Shown here piece after piece: positions 7,376 to 18,055 of a stretch of DNA of 32,000 nucleotides (positions are counted from its first letter, which is position 1; every line of letters starts with the position of its first letter). The notes below the pieces were generated by a model. It was not told the origin of the DNA. It did not search any database and saw only the letters and a program-made list of their open reading frames with translations. Position numbers and translations under genes: made by a program. The stretch comes from Megasphaera elsdenii DSM 20460 (GTDB lineage Bacteria > Bacillota > Negativicutes > Veillonellales > Megasphaeraceae), in contig NZ_CP027570.1 of the NCBI RefSeq assembly GCF_003010495.1, positions 2,370,001-2,402,000 on the forward strand, written 5' to 3'.

Positions 7376-7404
7376 ATTATAGTACGCCACGAAAAAAAAT
7401 GCAA
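7376..7404 (-). promoter_or_regulatory. thiC promoter (TTGCAT-17 nt-TATAAT)
   Basis: On the minus strand: -35 at 7404..7399, 17-nt spacer, -10 at 7381..7376. Confidence 0.7.
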
Positions 7405-7450
7405 CACTTTTGTCATATTTGGCATAGACAAATACGTTATTTGTCCTACA

Positions 7451-7479
7451 TAGACGTACATTCACCGATATGGTATAAT
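7451..7479 (+). promoter_or_regulatory. Promoter of the SIMPL gene (TAGACG-17 nt-TATAAT, with TG extension)
   Basis: TGGTATAAT at 7471..7479 and TAGACG at 7451..7456. Confidence 0.6.
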
Positions 7480-7508
7480 GAAACCACATTGAAAAGGAGG
7501 TCTTACCT

Positions 7509-8231
7509 ATGAAATATAAACCCTTGAAAGGCCTGGTCGTCGCAGCCATGCTGGCGTCGTCCCTGGTACTCGCTGCCCCGCAGTCCCTGGCAGCTGGCCC
7601 GGAACCATCTGTCGTCACCGTCACGGGCTATGCCCAGCAGGAAGTCTCACCGGATACGGCCTATGTCACTATCGGTACGACCAGCACCGATGCCGACGCC
7701 CAGCAGGCCCGGACCAAGAACAACCTGGCCATGAATGAAGTGACCAATGCCCTGAAAGCCATGGGCATCCCGGCCGAAAACATGAAGACTACGGGATTCT
7801 ATATGTCGCCGAACTACGACATGAAAGGCCAGAAAGTCACGTCGTATACGGTAAGCAACAACCTGGAAGTCAAACTGACCGACCTGACCATGGTATCGCA
7901 GGTCATCAACAAAGCCGGCAGTCTCGGTGCCAACCAGATCAACAACGTACGTTTCACCAATGAACACGCCGACCAGATCAAAGAAAACCTGATCAAAGAA
8001 GCTGTCCACAACGGTCAGCGCGCTGCCCAGGCCGCAGCGGAAGCCGCTGGCAGCCAGCTCGGCGCCGTCAAGGAAATCAACATTTCCGGCACAAGCCCCT
8101 CGTATAACCGCGTCTATGCAGCCGGCATGAGCCTGCGGGCCGTCAAGATGGAAGCCGCCGATTCGACGCCTGTCGAAGCCGGCACCAATACCCTCAGCCA
8201 AAGCGTCAACTTGACCTATTATTTGCAATAA
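7509..8231 (+). CDS. SIMPL/DUF541-family secreted protein (periplasmic immunogenic protein-like)
   Basis: It has a signal peptide (..LVLAAPQSLAAG) and overall resembles the SIMPL/DUF541 family. RBS AAAGGAGG. Confidence 0.65.
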   Translation: MKYKPLKGLVVAAMLASSLVLAAPQSLAAGPEPSVVTVTGYAQQEVSPDTAYVTIGTTSTDADAQQARTKNNLAMNEVTNALKAMGIPAENMKTTGFYMSPNYDMKGQKVTSYTVSNNLEVKLTDLTMVSQVINKAGSLGANQINNVRFTNEHADQIKENLIKEAVHNGQRAAQAAAEAAGSQLGAVKEINISGTSPSYNRVYAAGMSLRAVKMEAADSTPVEAGTNTLSQSVNLTYYLQ

Positions 8232-8246
8232 GCATACATGATTTGC

Positions 8247-8293
8247 GGGACGCCCTCTGGGCGTCCCCTACGAGCCACGAACCACAAACCACG
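8247..8293. repeat. REP-like palindrome (GGGACGCCC-tct-GGGCGTCCC) followed by CTACG and about 3 heptamer units (AGCCACG AACCACA AACCACG)
   Basis: Read directly. The reverse complement CGTAGGGGACGCC..GGCGTCCCGC matches the copies at 31931..31958 and (truncated) 31698..31711. The heptamer is the same family as the long tract at 17516..17603. Confidence 0.7.
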
Positions 8294-8299
8294 AAAAAA

Positions 8300-8334
8300 A
8301 AGGTTTTGTCCTTTGATGACAAAGCCTTTTTTCT
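8300..8334 (+). terminator. Intrinsic terminator after the SIMPL gene
   Basis: AAGGTTTTGTC, 7-nt loop, GACAAAGCCTT, TTTT. Confidence 0.7.
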
Positions 8335-8407
8335 TTCCCCAAAATATGCTATGATAATACTGTTCTACCATAATAAAATAAGTTCTGAATCATGGAGGCC
8401 AGACAAG

Positions 8408-9280
8408 ATGAAAGAATACACCCCTTTTAAATCCGGTAAAGTACGCGAAGTCTATGACGCAGGTGACAGCATTATCATGGTTGCAACGGACCGCATTTCC
8501 GCTTTCGACCATATCCTCAAGAACAAGATCACCAAAAAAGGCGCCATCCTCACGCAGATGTCCAAGTTTTGGTTCGATATGACGTCGGACATCATCCCGA
8601 ACCACATGATTTCCGTCGACAACGCTGACATGCCGGAATTTTTCCAGCAGGAACAGTTCGTCGGCAACAGCATGAAATGCCAGAAACTGACTATGATCCC
8701 CATGGAATGTATCGTCCGCGGCTACATCACGGGCAGCGGCTGGGAAAGCTATCAGAAAGACGGCACCGTTTGCGGCATCAAATTGCCGGCAGGCCTCAAA
8801 GAATCAGAAAAACTCCCGGAACCGATCTTCACGCCGAGCACGAAAGCGGAACTCGGTGACCACGACGAAAACGTATCCCTCGAAGAAGGCGCCGCTTTCA
8901 TCGACAAGACCTTCCCGGGAAAAGGCAAGGAATACGCTGAAAAAATCCGCGATTATACCCTGGCCCTTTATAAAAAATGTGCCGAATACGCCCTTTCCAA
9001 AGGCATCATCATTGCCGACACGAAATTCGAATTCGGCCTCGACGACAAAGGCAATATCGTCTTAGGCGACGAAATGCTCACACCGGACAGCTCCCGCTTC
9101 TGGCCCCTCGAAGGCTACAAAGCCGGCCAGAGCCAGCCGTCGTATGACAAGCAGTTCGTCCGCGACTGGCTCAAAGCCAACCCGGACAGCGATTATCTCC
9201 TGCCCCAGGACGTCATCGACAAGACCATTGCCAAATACAAAGAAGCTTACGAAATGCTCACAGGCAAAGCCTTCGACTAG
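8408..9280 (+). CDS. purC: Phosphoribosylaminoimidazole-succinocarboxamide (SAICAR) synthase
   Basis: The N-terminus MKEYTPFKSGKVREVYD...ATDRISAFD is typical of PurC. GGAGG lies 9 nt upstream of the ATG at 8408. The ORF-track extension to 8243 crosses a terminator. Confidence 0.93.
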   Translation: MKEYTPFKSGKVREVYDAGDSIIMVATDRISAFDHILKNKITKKGAILTQMSKFWFDMTSDIIPNHMISVDNADMPEFFQQEQFVGNSMKCQKLTMIPMECIVRGYITGSGWESYQKDGTVCGIKLPAGLKESEKLPEPIFTPSTKAELGDHDENVSLEEGAAFIDKTFPGKGKEYAEKIRDYTLALYKKCAEYALSKGIIIADTKFEFGLDDKGNIVLGDEMLTPDSSRFWPLEGYKAGQSQPSYDKQFVRDWLKANPDSDYLLPQDVIDKTIAKYKEAYEMLTGKAFD

Positions 9281-9296
9281 TGTCTACCAGCTAACG

Positions 9297-9345
9297 AAAA
9301 GGGACTGTGCATGATGGTTTCGACCATCATGCACAGTCCCTTTTG
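9297..9345. terminator. Bidirectional terminator (purC / potD)
   Basis: AAAA, a 17-bp perfect stem (GGGACTGTGCATGATGG / CCATCATGCACAGTCCC), TTTT. Confidence 0.85.
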
Positions 9346-9346
9346 C

Positions 9347-10411
9347 TTACCACACTTTTACTTGTATCCATTCATCGTTATAGCGTTTATCCCCTTCTTC
9401 ACCTAAATACTTGTATGTTTCCTGACCAGCGTAAGCTTCTTCCGGCGGGAAGACGACAGGGTTATCTTTATAGTCTTCGTCTTCTTCCATATCCGGAACG
9501 GCCGTATTGGGCGTCGAATAGGTCAGGTACTCGAAGTTCTTCAGGGCAATGTCCGGGCGGCTCATGAAATCAATGAATTTATGGGCATTCTCGACGTGTT
9601 CGGCGTTCTTGGGGATGACCCACGAGTCGATCCAGAGGTTGGTCCCTTCTTTGGGGATGACGTATTCCAGGTCGCGGTTCTCCAGGATCATGCGCAGGGC
9701 TTCGCCGGAAAAGACGACGCCCATGGCCGCTTCGCCGGAGACGAGCTTGTCCTTGACGTCATCGATGCCATAAGCCTGGACCAGGGGCTTCTGGGCAATG
9801 AGCATCTCCCGGGCTTCTTGGATCTGCTGGGGATCCGTCGTATTCAGGGAATAGCCCAGGCGCTTCAAGGCGACCATGAAGGAATCGCGCGGCGAATCCT
9901 GCATGATGATGTCATTCTTATACTTCTCTTTCCAGAGGATGGACCAGCTGTCGACAGGTTCATCGACCATGGTCCGGTTGTAGACGATGCCGACAGTCCC
10001 CCAGCAATAAGGGACGGCATAGCGGTTGCCCGGGTCGAAGGACTCAGACTGGGTCCAGAACTGCTTGCCGACGTACTGGCGGGCGTTAGGCAGCTGGGAA
10101 TAATCGAGGGGCTGCAAGAGATCGTTGTGGATCATCTTCTGGATCATGTAGTCCGACGGGCAGATGACGTCATAGCGTTCGGCACCGGCTGCGACCAGGG
10201 GATACATGCTCTCGTTGGTATCAAATTCATCCATGACGACGCGGATGCCCGTTTCTTCTTCGAACTGCTTGAGCGTGTCCGGGTCGACATAGTCCCCCCA
10301 GTTGTAGACATAGACGACGTTGTCCCCGTCTTCTTCACTTTCCCAGAAGCCACAGCCGCTCAAGGCCAGGATGCAGCAAAGGCCGAGCAGGATCAGGCGG
10401 ATATATTTCAT
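9347..10411 (-). CDS. potD: Spermidine/putrescine ABC transporter substrate-binding lipoprotein
   Basis: PotD-like sequence with a lipobox (LALSGC). It is last in the potABCD order. Confidence 0.85.
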   Translation of the reverse strand: MKYIRLILLGLCCILALSGCGFWESEEDGDNVVYVYNWGDYVDPDTLKQFEEETGIRVVMDEFDTNESMYPLVAAGAERYDVICPSDYMIQKMIHNDLLQPLDYSQLPNARQYVGKQFWTQSESFDPGNRYAVPYCWGTVGIVYNRTMVDEPVDSWSILWKEKYKNDIIMQDSPRDSFMVALKRLGYSLNTTDPQQIQEAREMLIAQKPLVQAYGIDDVKDKLVSGEAAMGVVFSGEALRMILENRDLEYVIPKEGTNLWIDSWVIPKNAEHVENAHKFIDFMSRPDIALKNFEYLTYSTPNTAVPDMEEDEDYKDNPVVFPPEEAYAGQETYKYLGEEGDKRYNDEWIQVKVW

Positions 10412-10421
10412 GACAGACCTC

Positions 10422-11204
10422 CTACCAGTTCCGTCCCAGGGTCAGGCGCTTGCGGTTGACGATGAGCAAGACGGCGAAGACCAGGACGAAGACGAAGACT
10501 AACGTCGAAAGGGCGTACATTTCCGGATGGATGCCCAATTTCAGTTCGGCATAGATTTTCGTCGGCAGCGTATCGATGCCGGCGCCTTTGGTGAAATGAG
10601 TAATGATGAAGTCATCGGCAGACATGGTGAAGGCCAGCATGAAGCCTGCCAGGAGGCTCGGCCGCAATTCCGGCAGGACGACGCGGCGGAAAGCCACGAA
10701 CGGCGTCGCTCCCAGGTCGCGGGCCGCATCATAGCAGCTGCGGTCCAGGGACAGGAACTGGGGCATGATGCACAGGATGACATAGGGCAGGTTGAAGACG
10801 ACGTGGGCCATGAGGATGGAACCATACCCCAGGCGCAGGCCCATGCCCAAAAAGAGGAGCATCAGGGAAATCCCCGTGACGATGTCCGCATTGAGCAGAG
10901 GCATACTGGCCACGCCGAGGAAGACCGATCGCAGTTTGCGGCCCATGCCGCGCAGGGCCATGCAGGTGATGAGGCCCAGGACGGTGGCAATGGCCGCTGA
11001 CGACAGGCCGATAGTGACGGTGTTCTGCAAGGCGTCGAGGATGCCTTCATTCTGGAAGAGTTCGCCATACCACTGCAGGGTAAAACCCGTCCAGTGACCG
11101 CGGTAGCGGCTGGCGTTGAAGGACTGGGCCACGAGGACGCCGATGGGCGCATAGAGGAAGAGGACGACCAGGGCGACGTAGAGTTTCTTCACTTTTTCCA
11201 TCAC
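10422..11204 (-). CDS. potC: Spermidine/putrescine ABC transporter permease
   Basis: Six-TM BPD-type permease with an EAA-like loop (YDAARDLGATPF). It overlaps potB by 4 nt. Confidence 0.85.
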   Translation of the reverse strand: MMEKVKKLYVALVVLFLYAPIGVLVAQSFNASRYRGHWTGFTLQWYGELFQNEGILDALQNTVTIGLSSAAIATVLGLITCMALRGMGRKLRSVFLGVASMPLLNADIVTGISLMLLFLGMGLRLGYGSILMAHVVFNLPYVILCIMPQFLSLDRSCYDAARDLGATPFVAFRRVVLPELRPSLLAGFMLAFTMSADDFIITHFTKGAGIDTLPTKIYAELKLGIHPEMYALSTLVFVFVLVFAVLLIVNRKRLTLGRNW

Positions 11205-12020
11205 TTCTTCACCTGCCCTTCACTGCGGTCGAAATAAGCCGTCACGGCCATGTTGACGACGATGAAGACCATGAGCACCAACGACAGGCCGCTGCCCAGG
11301 TGCCAGTCGTAGGCCATGGTAAATTCCTGTTCGACGATATTGCCGATGAGGAGAATCTTGTTGCCCCCTAAGAGGCCGCTGATGAAGAACGTCGTCAGCG
11401 ACGGAATGAAGACCATGGTGATGCCGCTGATGGCACCGGGCAGGGACAAGGGCAGGATGACCTTGGTGAAGGTCTGCCAGGAACTGGCGCCCAAATCGCG
11501 GGCAGCGGCGATGACGTTGCCGTTGATCTTGCTCAGGGCCACGTAAAGGGGCAGGACCATATAGGGCAGGAAATTGTAAATCATGCCGATGACGATGGCT
11601 GCCGGCGTATTGATGAGGCTCATGTCGGGCAGGGACAAGAGGCGCAGGAACTGGTTGAGGATGCCGTTCTTTTCCAGAATCGTCTGCCAGGCCATGGTCG
11701 TCAGCAGGGAATTCATCCACATGGGCAGGATGAAGAGCAGGAACAGGAGCGAGCCCTTCCTCCGCTTCTTCTCAGTCAGGATGAGGCACAGCGGATAGGC
11801 CACGATGAGGCAGATGACCGTGCTGATGAGGGCCAGGACGATGGACAATTCCAGGGCCTTCAAGTATTCCCAGTGGGTCATGAGGCTGATATTGGCCAAG
11901 GTCATCGCCCCCTGGGCATCGGTCAGGCCGTACCAGGCGATGGCCACGACGGGACAGAAGATGAACAGGACCGCCCAGATGAGGAACGGCGCGGCAAAGA
12001 GGTTGCGGATCGCTGCTGAA

Positions 12021-12028
<8 letters not shown>
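11201..12028 (-). CDS. potB: Spermidine/putrescine ABC transporter permease
   Basis: BPD-type permease (AARDLGASSWQTF). It overlaps potA by 8 nt. Confidence 0.85.
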
Positions 12029-13091
<1,063 letters not shown>

Positions 13092-13125
13092 TCTCACTTC
13101 TCCTTCTATTTATGAATAAGACCGT

Positions 13126-13163
13126 AAAAAAAGGGAGTCGCATAAGCTCGATGCGAGGTCCCT
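13126..13163 (-). terminator. Intrinsic terminator after the transglycosylase gene
   Basis: On the minus strand: GGGACCTCGCAT, loop, ATGCGACTCCC, TTTTTTT. Confidence 0.75.
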
Positions 13164-13172
13164 TTCTCGATA

Positions 13173-13961
13173 TTATTTTCTACGGGTCCCTTCGCCCCAT
13201 GGCAGGGACGTCGTCCAATAGGACGGACGCGGGCGTTCCGGTGCTACGCGCGCCGCTTTGGTCCGGACCAGAGCGGGTTTGGTGGAACCGACGGATTTCG
13301 CCTGGACCTGGGCAGCCTTCTGACTATGCTGTTCATGCCATTCCTTCAGGCTCGGGAAAATCGGCGCTTCCTTTTCCTGCATCGTCATGGCCGACCGCTT
13401 ATAGGGCTGCATGGCCATGGCTTCATGACCGGCGAGGCGCCAGATTTCCCGCCGCGTCTGTTCGACGGTCTGGACGTAGTTCATGGTCTCCGTATAATGC
13501 GGGACGCCACGGGCCCGGTCGACGGCACCGGGGCCGGCATTATAGGCCGCTTCGGCATAGACGAAGGGCTTGTCCCACGTACGGTAGCGTTCGACCATCT
13601 GGCCGAGGTATTTGACGCCGCCAAAGATGTTCTCCCGCCGGTTGTACGGGTTGACGTTGAGCGAGGCCGCCGTAGCCGGCATGAGCTGGGCGATGCCGAC
13701 GGCGCCGACACCGGAAACGGCAGAATTGTCGAAATGGCTTTCTGTCGTAAAGACAGCCGTGACCAGGATCGGGTCGACGTCATACATATAGGATGCATCG
13801 CAGATATCCTGGGCGATAGCCGCCGCTTCGCTGCCGCGGATATATTTGCTGACCTGGTCGTAGACCATTTCTTCCTGTGTAATGGCCTGGACCGGCGCCA
13901 GGGCCATAACAGCCAGCAAAAAGGCCGCCATTTTTGTCTTACAGGCTTTGCTAAGTATCAA
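13173..13961 (-). CDS. Secreted lytic transglycosylase (SLT domain) protein
   Basis: Signal peptide present. SLT motifs TESHF...GAVGIAQLM...AYNAGPG. TTG start 9 nt after GGGGAGGA. Confidence 0.8.
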   Translation of the reverse strand: MILSKACKTKMAAFLLAVMALAPVQAITQEEMVYDQVSKYIRGSEAAAIAQDICDASYMYDVDPILVTAVFTTESHFDNSAVSGVGAVGIAQLMPATAASLNVNPYNRRENIFGGVKYLGQMVERYRTWDKPFVYAEAAYNAGPGAVDRARGVPHYTETMNYVQTVEQTRREIWRLAGHEAMAMQPYKRSAMTMQEKEAPIFPSLKEWHEQHSQKAAQVQAKSVGSTKPALVRTKAARVAPERPRPSYWTTSLPWGEGTRRK

Positions 13962-14108
13962 CTTTCACATTCCTCCCCACTCACGACGATACTCTACCTT
14001 TTATTATAGCATGGTCGTCAAGCTATCGGCCAATGCCTTTTACGTCTGCCCTATTAGGGTTCTGCATCATAGTTCCCATTCGACGTGTTAGTATCCTTCA
14101 CCATATTC

Positions 14109-15851
14109 CTAATCGAGTTCAACAGGAACGAAATCGAAGGCTTCGACGTCGAAGAGGCCCGTGTCCAGTAATTTCAGTTTGGGAATGACGGGCAGGCTCA
14201 TGAAACAAAGGGTCATGATGACGTCGACCTCATCGCTGACGCCCAGGATATGATGGGCCTTGGCGTAGAGCTCATCCATGGCGGCATCGACGGCAGCTGC
14301 CGGCTGGTCGCTCATGAGGCCGGCAATGGGCAGGGGAATGGCTGCCAGGACCTGTCCGTCCAGGACGATGGCCATGCCGCCCTTCTGGGTTTCCAGGGCC
14401 TTGACGGCAGCAGCCATGTCCCCGTTGTTCGTGCCGGCGACGATGATGTTATGCGAATCGTGGGCAATGGACACGGCGACGGCGCCCCGCTTCAGGCCGT
14501 AACCGCGCAGCAAGCCCAGGCCGACGTTGCCCGTGCCGTGATGGCGTTCGACGACGGCGACCTTGACGATATCGGCCTGCGGGTCGTAGATGAAATCGTC
14601 GCGGTCGTCGCGCCGGATGGAAGCTTGTCCCTTTTCAGTGACGACGCCTCCCGGCAGGATATCGATGGTCCGGACCTGGTCCGATGTCAGGTGCATGACC
14701 AATTTATCTTCAGAAAAGCCGGCAATGCAGACGGAACTGCCGACGGCGCTGTAATCGGCTCGCGTAAAGGGCAGGCTGTACCGGCCTTTTTCGGCTACTT
14801 TCCGGCCGCCGATGAAGGTCGCCAGGGCCTTGAAGTCCTTCAAATCCTCGAAGAGGACAATGTCCGCCCGCTTGCCCGGTGCCAGGGCGCCGCGGTCGTC
14901 GAAGTGATAGCAGTCGGCGGCGTTGAGGGTCGCCATGGTAATGGCCGCTTCCGGCGACAGGCCGGCGGCGACGCAGAGGCGCAGGTGTTCGTTGAGGTGG
15001 CCTTTCTCGAAAATCGTCTTGGGATGAAGGTCGTCCGAGCAGAGCAGAAACCGGCGCAGGTTGGCCGGCGTCACGGCCTTGACCAGGTTGGGCAGGTCAT
15101 GGCAGGCCGAGCCGTTGCGCAGCATGACATATATACCGGCCTGGAGGCGCGCTTCGACGTCATCCAAGGTGAAACATTCGTGGTCCGTCCGGATCCGGGC
15201 CGATGCATAGGCTTGCAGGTCCTTGCCCGAGATACCGGGGCTGTGGCCGTCGATGGGCTTTTTCGCTTCATAGGCGGCGACGAGCTTGTCCAGGACGGCA
15301 TCGTCGCCGTTCAGGATGCCCGGGCAGTTCATAAATTCGCCGACGCCGAGGATGCGGTCGTCTGCCAGGGGCCCTTTCATATCGTCGGCTTCCAGCACAG
15401 CGCCGCTGTGGTCGAACGGCGTCGCCGGGACGCACGACGGCACCATGAAGCGGATGTCCAGGGCCGTCTTTTCTGCGGCTTCCATCATGTAGCGCAGGCC
15501 GGCCAGGCCGCAGACATTGACGATTTCATGCGGGTCGGCGACGACGGTCGTCGTCCCCAGGGGTACGACGAGGCGGCCGAACTCTTCCGGGCTGACATAA
15601 GACGACTCGATATGGATATGGCTTTCGATGAGGCCCGGTGCAGCATAAGCCCCATGGGCCTCGATGACTTCCCGTCCTTCATAAGGGCCGCCGACGCCGG
15701 CGATGACGCCGTCAGCCACGACGATATCCCCGGTCCGGATGGTCTGTGTATAGACGTCGACAATCCGGCAGTCCTTGAGGACGACGTCCCCCGGTTCCAG
15801 GCCCCGGGCTACGGCAATGCGCCGTTTTAAAAGATTCCCTGTCATAGTCAT
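14109..15851 (-). CDS. ade: Adenine deaminase
   Basis: 580 aa amidohydrolase with PGLIESHIHIESS and the typical Ade length and architecture. Confidence 0.9.
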   Translation of the reverse strand: MTMTGNLLKRRIAVARGLEPGDVVLKDCRIVDVYTQTIRTGDIVVADGVIAGVGGPYEGREVIEAHGAYAAPGLIESHIHIESSYVSPEEFGRLVVPLGTTTVVADPHEIVNVCGLAGLRYMMEAAEKTALDIRFMVPSCVPATPFDHSGAVLEADDMKGPLADDRILGVGEFMNCPGILNGDDAVLDKLVAAYEAKKPIDGHSPGISGKDLQAYASARIRTDHECFTLDDVEARLQAGIYVMLRNGSACHDLPNLVKAVTPANLRRFLLCSDDLHPKTIFEKGHLNEHLRLCVAAGLSPEAAITMATLNAADCYHFDDRGALAPGKRADIVLFEDLKDFKALATFIGGRKVAEKGRYSLPFTRADYSAVGSSVCIAGFSEDKLVMHLTSDQVRTIDILPGGVVTEKGQASIRRDDRDDFIYDPQADIVKVAVVERHHGTGNVGLGLLRGYGLKRGAVAVSIAHDSHNIIVAGTNNGDMAAAVKALETQKGGMAIVLDGQVLAAIPLPIAGLMSDQPAAAVDAAMDELYAKAHHILGVSDEVDVIMTLCFMSLPVIPKLKLLDTGLFDVEAFDFVPVELD

Positions 15852-15936
15852 AAAGTGCTCCTTCCCTTCGGCAAAGGCGTAAATTTTTTTCTTTCGGACT
15901 CATTGTATCATAAATTTCCTTTTTTTGACAAAATAG

Positions 15937-15965
15937 TTGCTCAAAAAGGCAGAACCCCCTATAAT
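15937..15965 (+). promoter_or_regulatory. Promoter of the purine permease (TTGCTC-17 nt-TATAAT)
   Basis: -35 at 15937..15942, 17-nt spacer, -10 at 15960..15965. Confidence 0.6.
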
Positions 15966-16061
15966 AATTATATTCAGTTGATGTCCGTCGTCTTTTTGGC
16001 TTTATGTGTGTACATGTATGGGTATCAACTTGTTTCATTTCAAAAGGAGTGTGAATGTATT

Positions 16062-17456
16062 ATGGAAAACCAACCGTCCTTTCTCGACCGGTTCTTTCAC
16101 CTGAGTGAAAACGGCACGACGGTCCGCACGGAAATCCTGGCTGGCATCACGACGTTCATGACCATGGCCTACATCCTGGCCGTCAACCCGACCATCATGA
16201 GTGCCGCCGGCATGGACAAAGGCGCCGTCCTCACGGCGACGGCCCTGGCCTCCTTCATCGGGACGCTGTGCATGGCCTTCTTTGCCAACTACCCCTTCGC
16301 CCTGGCACCGGGCATGGGCTTGAACGCCTTCTTCGCCTTTACCGTCGTCCTGCAGATGGGCTACACCTGGGAAATGGCCCTGGCTGCCGTCTTCTTTGAA
16401 GGCCTGATTTTCATCGTCCTGTCCCTGACCAATGTCCGCGAAGCCATCTTCAACGCCATCCCTATTACCTTGAAGAAAGCCGTCTCTGCCGGCATCGGCC
16501 TGTTCATCGCCCTCATCGGCCTGCTGAACGCCCAGATCATCGTCGCCAATCCGGCAACCAAGATCGCCCTGTTCTCGTTCAAACAGTCCGCTGCTACGGG
16601 GACCTTCCACACCGTCGGCATTACGGTCCTCCTGGCCATGCTCGGCATCGTCTTCACGGCCGTCCTCATGGTCAAGAAAGTCCGCGGCAACATCCTCTGG
16701 GGCATCCTCTTCACGTGGATCCTGGCCATCCTCTGCGAACTGACCGGCCTCTACGTCCCCAACCCGGAAATGAAGATGTTCAGCGTCATCCCCGACCTGT
16801 CCGGCGGTGCCGCTGCCTTTGCTCCGGCCAGCCTGAGTCCCATCCTGGGCCAGCTCGACTTCAGCCGCGTCTTCAGCCTGGACTTCCTGGTCGTCATGTT
16901 CGCTTTCCTCTTCGTCGATATCTTCGACACGTTGGGCACGCTCATCGGCGTCTCGTCCAAGGCCAACATGCTCGATGAACGGGGCCGCCTGCCTCGCATC
17001 AAAGGCGCCCTCCTGGCCGACGCCGTCGCCACGACTATCGGGGCAGTCCTCGGTACGAGTACGACGACGACCTTCGTCGAAAGCGCTACCGGCGTCAGCG
17101 AAGGCGGCCGCACGGGTCTGACGGCAGTCTGCGTCGCCGTCCTCTTCGCCTTGTCCCTCTTCCTGTCGCCGTTCTTCATGGCCATCCCGGCCTTTGCTAC
17201 GGCACCGGCCCTGGTCATCGTCGGCTTCCTCATGCTGACCTCCGTCGCCGGCATCGATTTCAATGACTTCAGCGAATCCATTCCGGCATACATCACCATC
17301 ATTGCCATGCCGTTCTGTTACAGCATCTCTGAAGGCATCTCCTTCGGCATCATCTCGTATGTCGTCATCAACCTGCTCACAGGCAAACGGGAAAAGATTT
17401 CCCTCCTCATGTACTGCCTGGCCGTCATCTTCGTCATGAAGTACATTTTCTTGTAA
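16062..17456 (+). CDS. NCS2/AzgA-family purine (adenine/guanine/hypoxanthine) permease
   Basis: The N-terminus MENQPSFLDRFFHLSENGTTVRTEILAGITTFMTMAYILAVNP is typical of this family. It is divergent from ade. The ORF-track N-terminal extension has no RBS and crosses the promoter. Confidence 0.88.
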   Translation: MENQPSFLDRFFHLSENGTTVRTEILAGITTFMTMAYILAVNPTIMSAAGMDKGAVLTATALASFIGTLCMAFFANYPFALAPGMGLNAFFAFTVVLQMGYTWEMALAAVFFEGLIFIVLSLTNVREAIFNAIPITLKKAVSAGIGLFIALIGLLNAQIIVANPATKIALFSFKQSAATGTFHTVGITVLLAMLGIVFTAVLMVKKVRGNILWGILFTWILAILCELTGLYVPNPEMKMFSVIPDLSGGAAAFAPASLSPILGQLDFSRVFSLDFLVVMFAFLFVDIFDTLGTLIGVSSKANMLDERGRLPRIKGALLADAVATTIGAVLGTSTTTTFVESATGVSEGGRTGLTAVCVAVLFALSLFLSPFFMAIPAFATAPALVIVGFLMLTSVAGIDFNDFSESIPAYITIIAMPFCYSISEGISFGIISYVVINLLTGKREKISLLMYCLAVIFVMKYIFL

Positions 17457-17478
17457 GAGATGGGGGCTAGTGGCTAAC

Positions 17479-17512
17479 AAAAAAGCTGTCGCATAAGCGA
17501 CAGCTTTTTTGT
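17479..17512 (+). terminator. Intrinsic terminator after the permease (bidirectional form)
   Basis: AAAAA, AGCTGTCGC, ATAA, GCGACAGCT, TTTTTT. Confidence 0.85.
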
Positions 17513-17515
17513 TAT

Positions 17516-17603
17516 ACGAACCACGAACCACGAACCACGAACCACGAACCACGAACCACGAACCACGAACCACGAACCACGAACCACGAGCCACGAGCCA
17601 CTA
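17516..17603. repeat. Tandem heptanucleotide repeat, about 12 units ((ACGAACC)x10 then (ACGAGCC)x2)
   Basis: Read directly. It is intergenic between convergent genes and ends 4 nt from the stop of the 17607 gene. Confidence 0.95.
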
Positions 17604-17606
17604 AAA

Positions 17607-18035
17607 TTACTTCAGCAATCCTTTTTCGGCGATGAAGTCGGAGACCATGTCGGCGGCGGTAGCCGTGATCTTGATGCAGTGCTTGCGGTATTCCGGCGTA
17701 CCGAAGCTGAGGGTATTGAGGGCCCGGCAGCAGGTGGCGCCGAAGTGCTGTTTGAAGCGGTCATGAAATTCGCTGGTGTATTTATAGACTTCCGGCAAGG
17801 GCTTTTCGTCCGGTGTCCGGCGGCCGACGAGGGCGCCGATGACCAGACAGGCCCCGCTCAAAGCGCCGCAGACACAGCCCGACCGGCCGATGCCGCCGCC
17901 CATGCCCGAAGCCATGCGGATGGCCACGTCCGGCAACTGGAGGTTCATCGTATCGTTACAGGTCTTGATGACCGATTCGATACAGTTATTGCCCTGCAAA
18001 TGATACTGTTCTGCTAATTTATATTCTCTTTCCAT
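17607..18035 (-). CDS. C_GCAxxG_C_C-family protein
   Basis: It has NNCIES ... GCVCGALSGAC ... ATCCRAL, the Cys pattern of this family. Start at MEREYKL (ATG 18035), 9 nt after AAGGA. Confidence 0.7.
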   Translation of the reverse strand: MEREYKLAEQYHLQGNNCIESVIKTCNDTMNLQLPDVAIRMASGMGGGIGRSGCVCGALSGACLVIGALVGRRTPDEKPLPEVYKYTSEFHDRFKQHFGATCCRALNTLSFGTPEYRKHCIKITATAADMVSDFIAEKGLLK

Positions 18036-18055
18036 GAGGATCAATCCTTTCGTAA

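Noticed and set aside
8243-8407. N-terminal extension of purC in the ORF track. Similar upstream extensions were seen for the permease (15855), gatC (31546), radC (24691), the ferredoxin (23962), cas4 (750), thiC (7187), potA (13097), ppx (21416) and the C_GCAxxG gene (18044).
   Set aside because: The extensions cross terminators, promoters or repeats and lack an RBS. Internal ATGs with properly spaced Shine-Dalgarno sequences give N-termini typical of each family.
15966-16061. Possible purine riboswitch in the ~90-nt 5' UTR of the purine permease (divergent from adenine deaminase). The UTR contains a 7-bp closing stem AGTTGAT...ATCAACT.
   Set aside because: I could not find the conserved purine-aptamer elements (the loop-loop motifs and the junction around ...TTTCTACC...CCGTAAA...). 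The hairpin alone is not diagnostic, so it is left unannotated.
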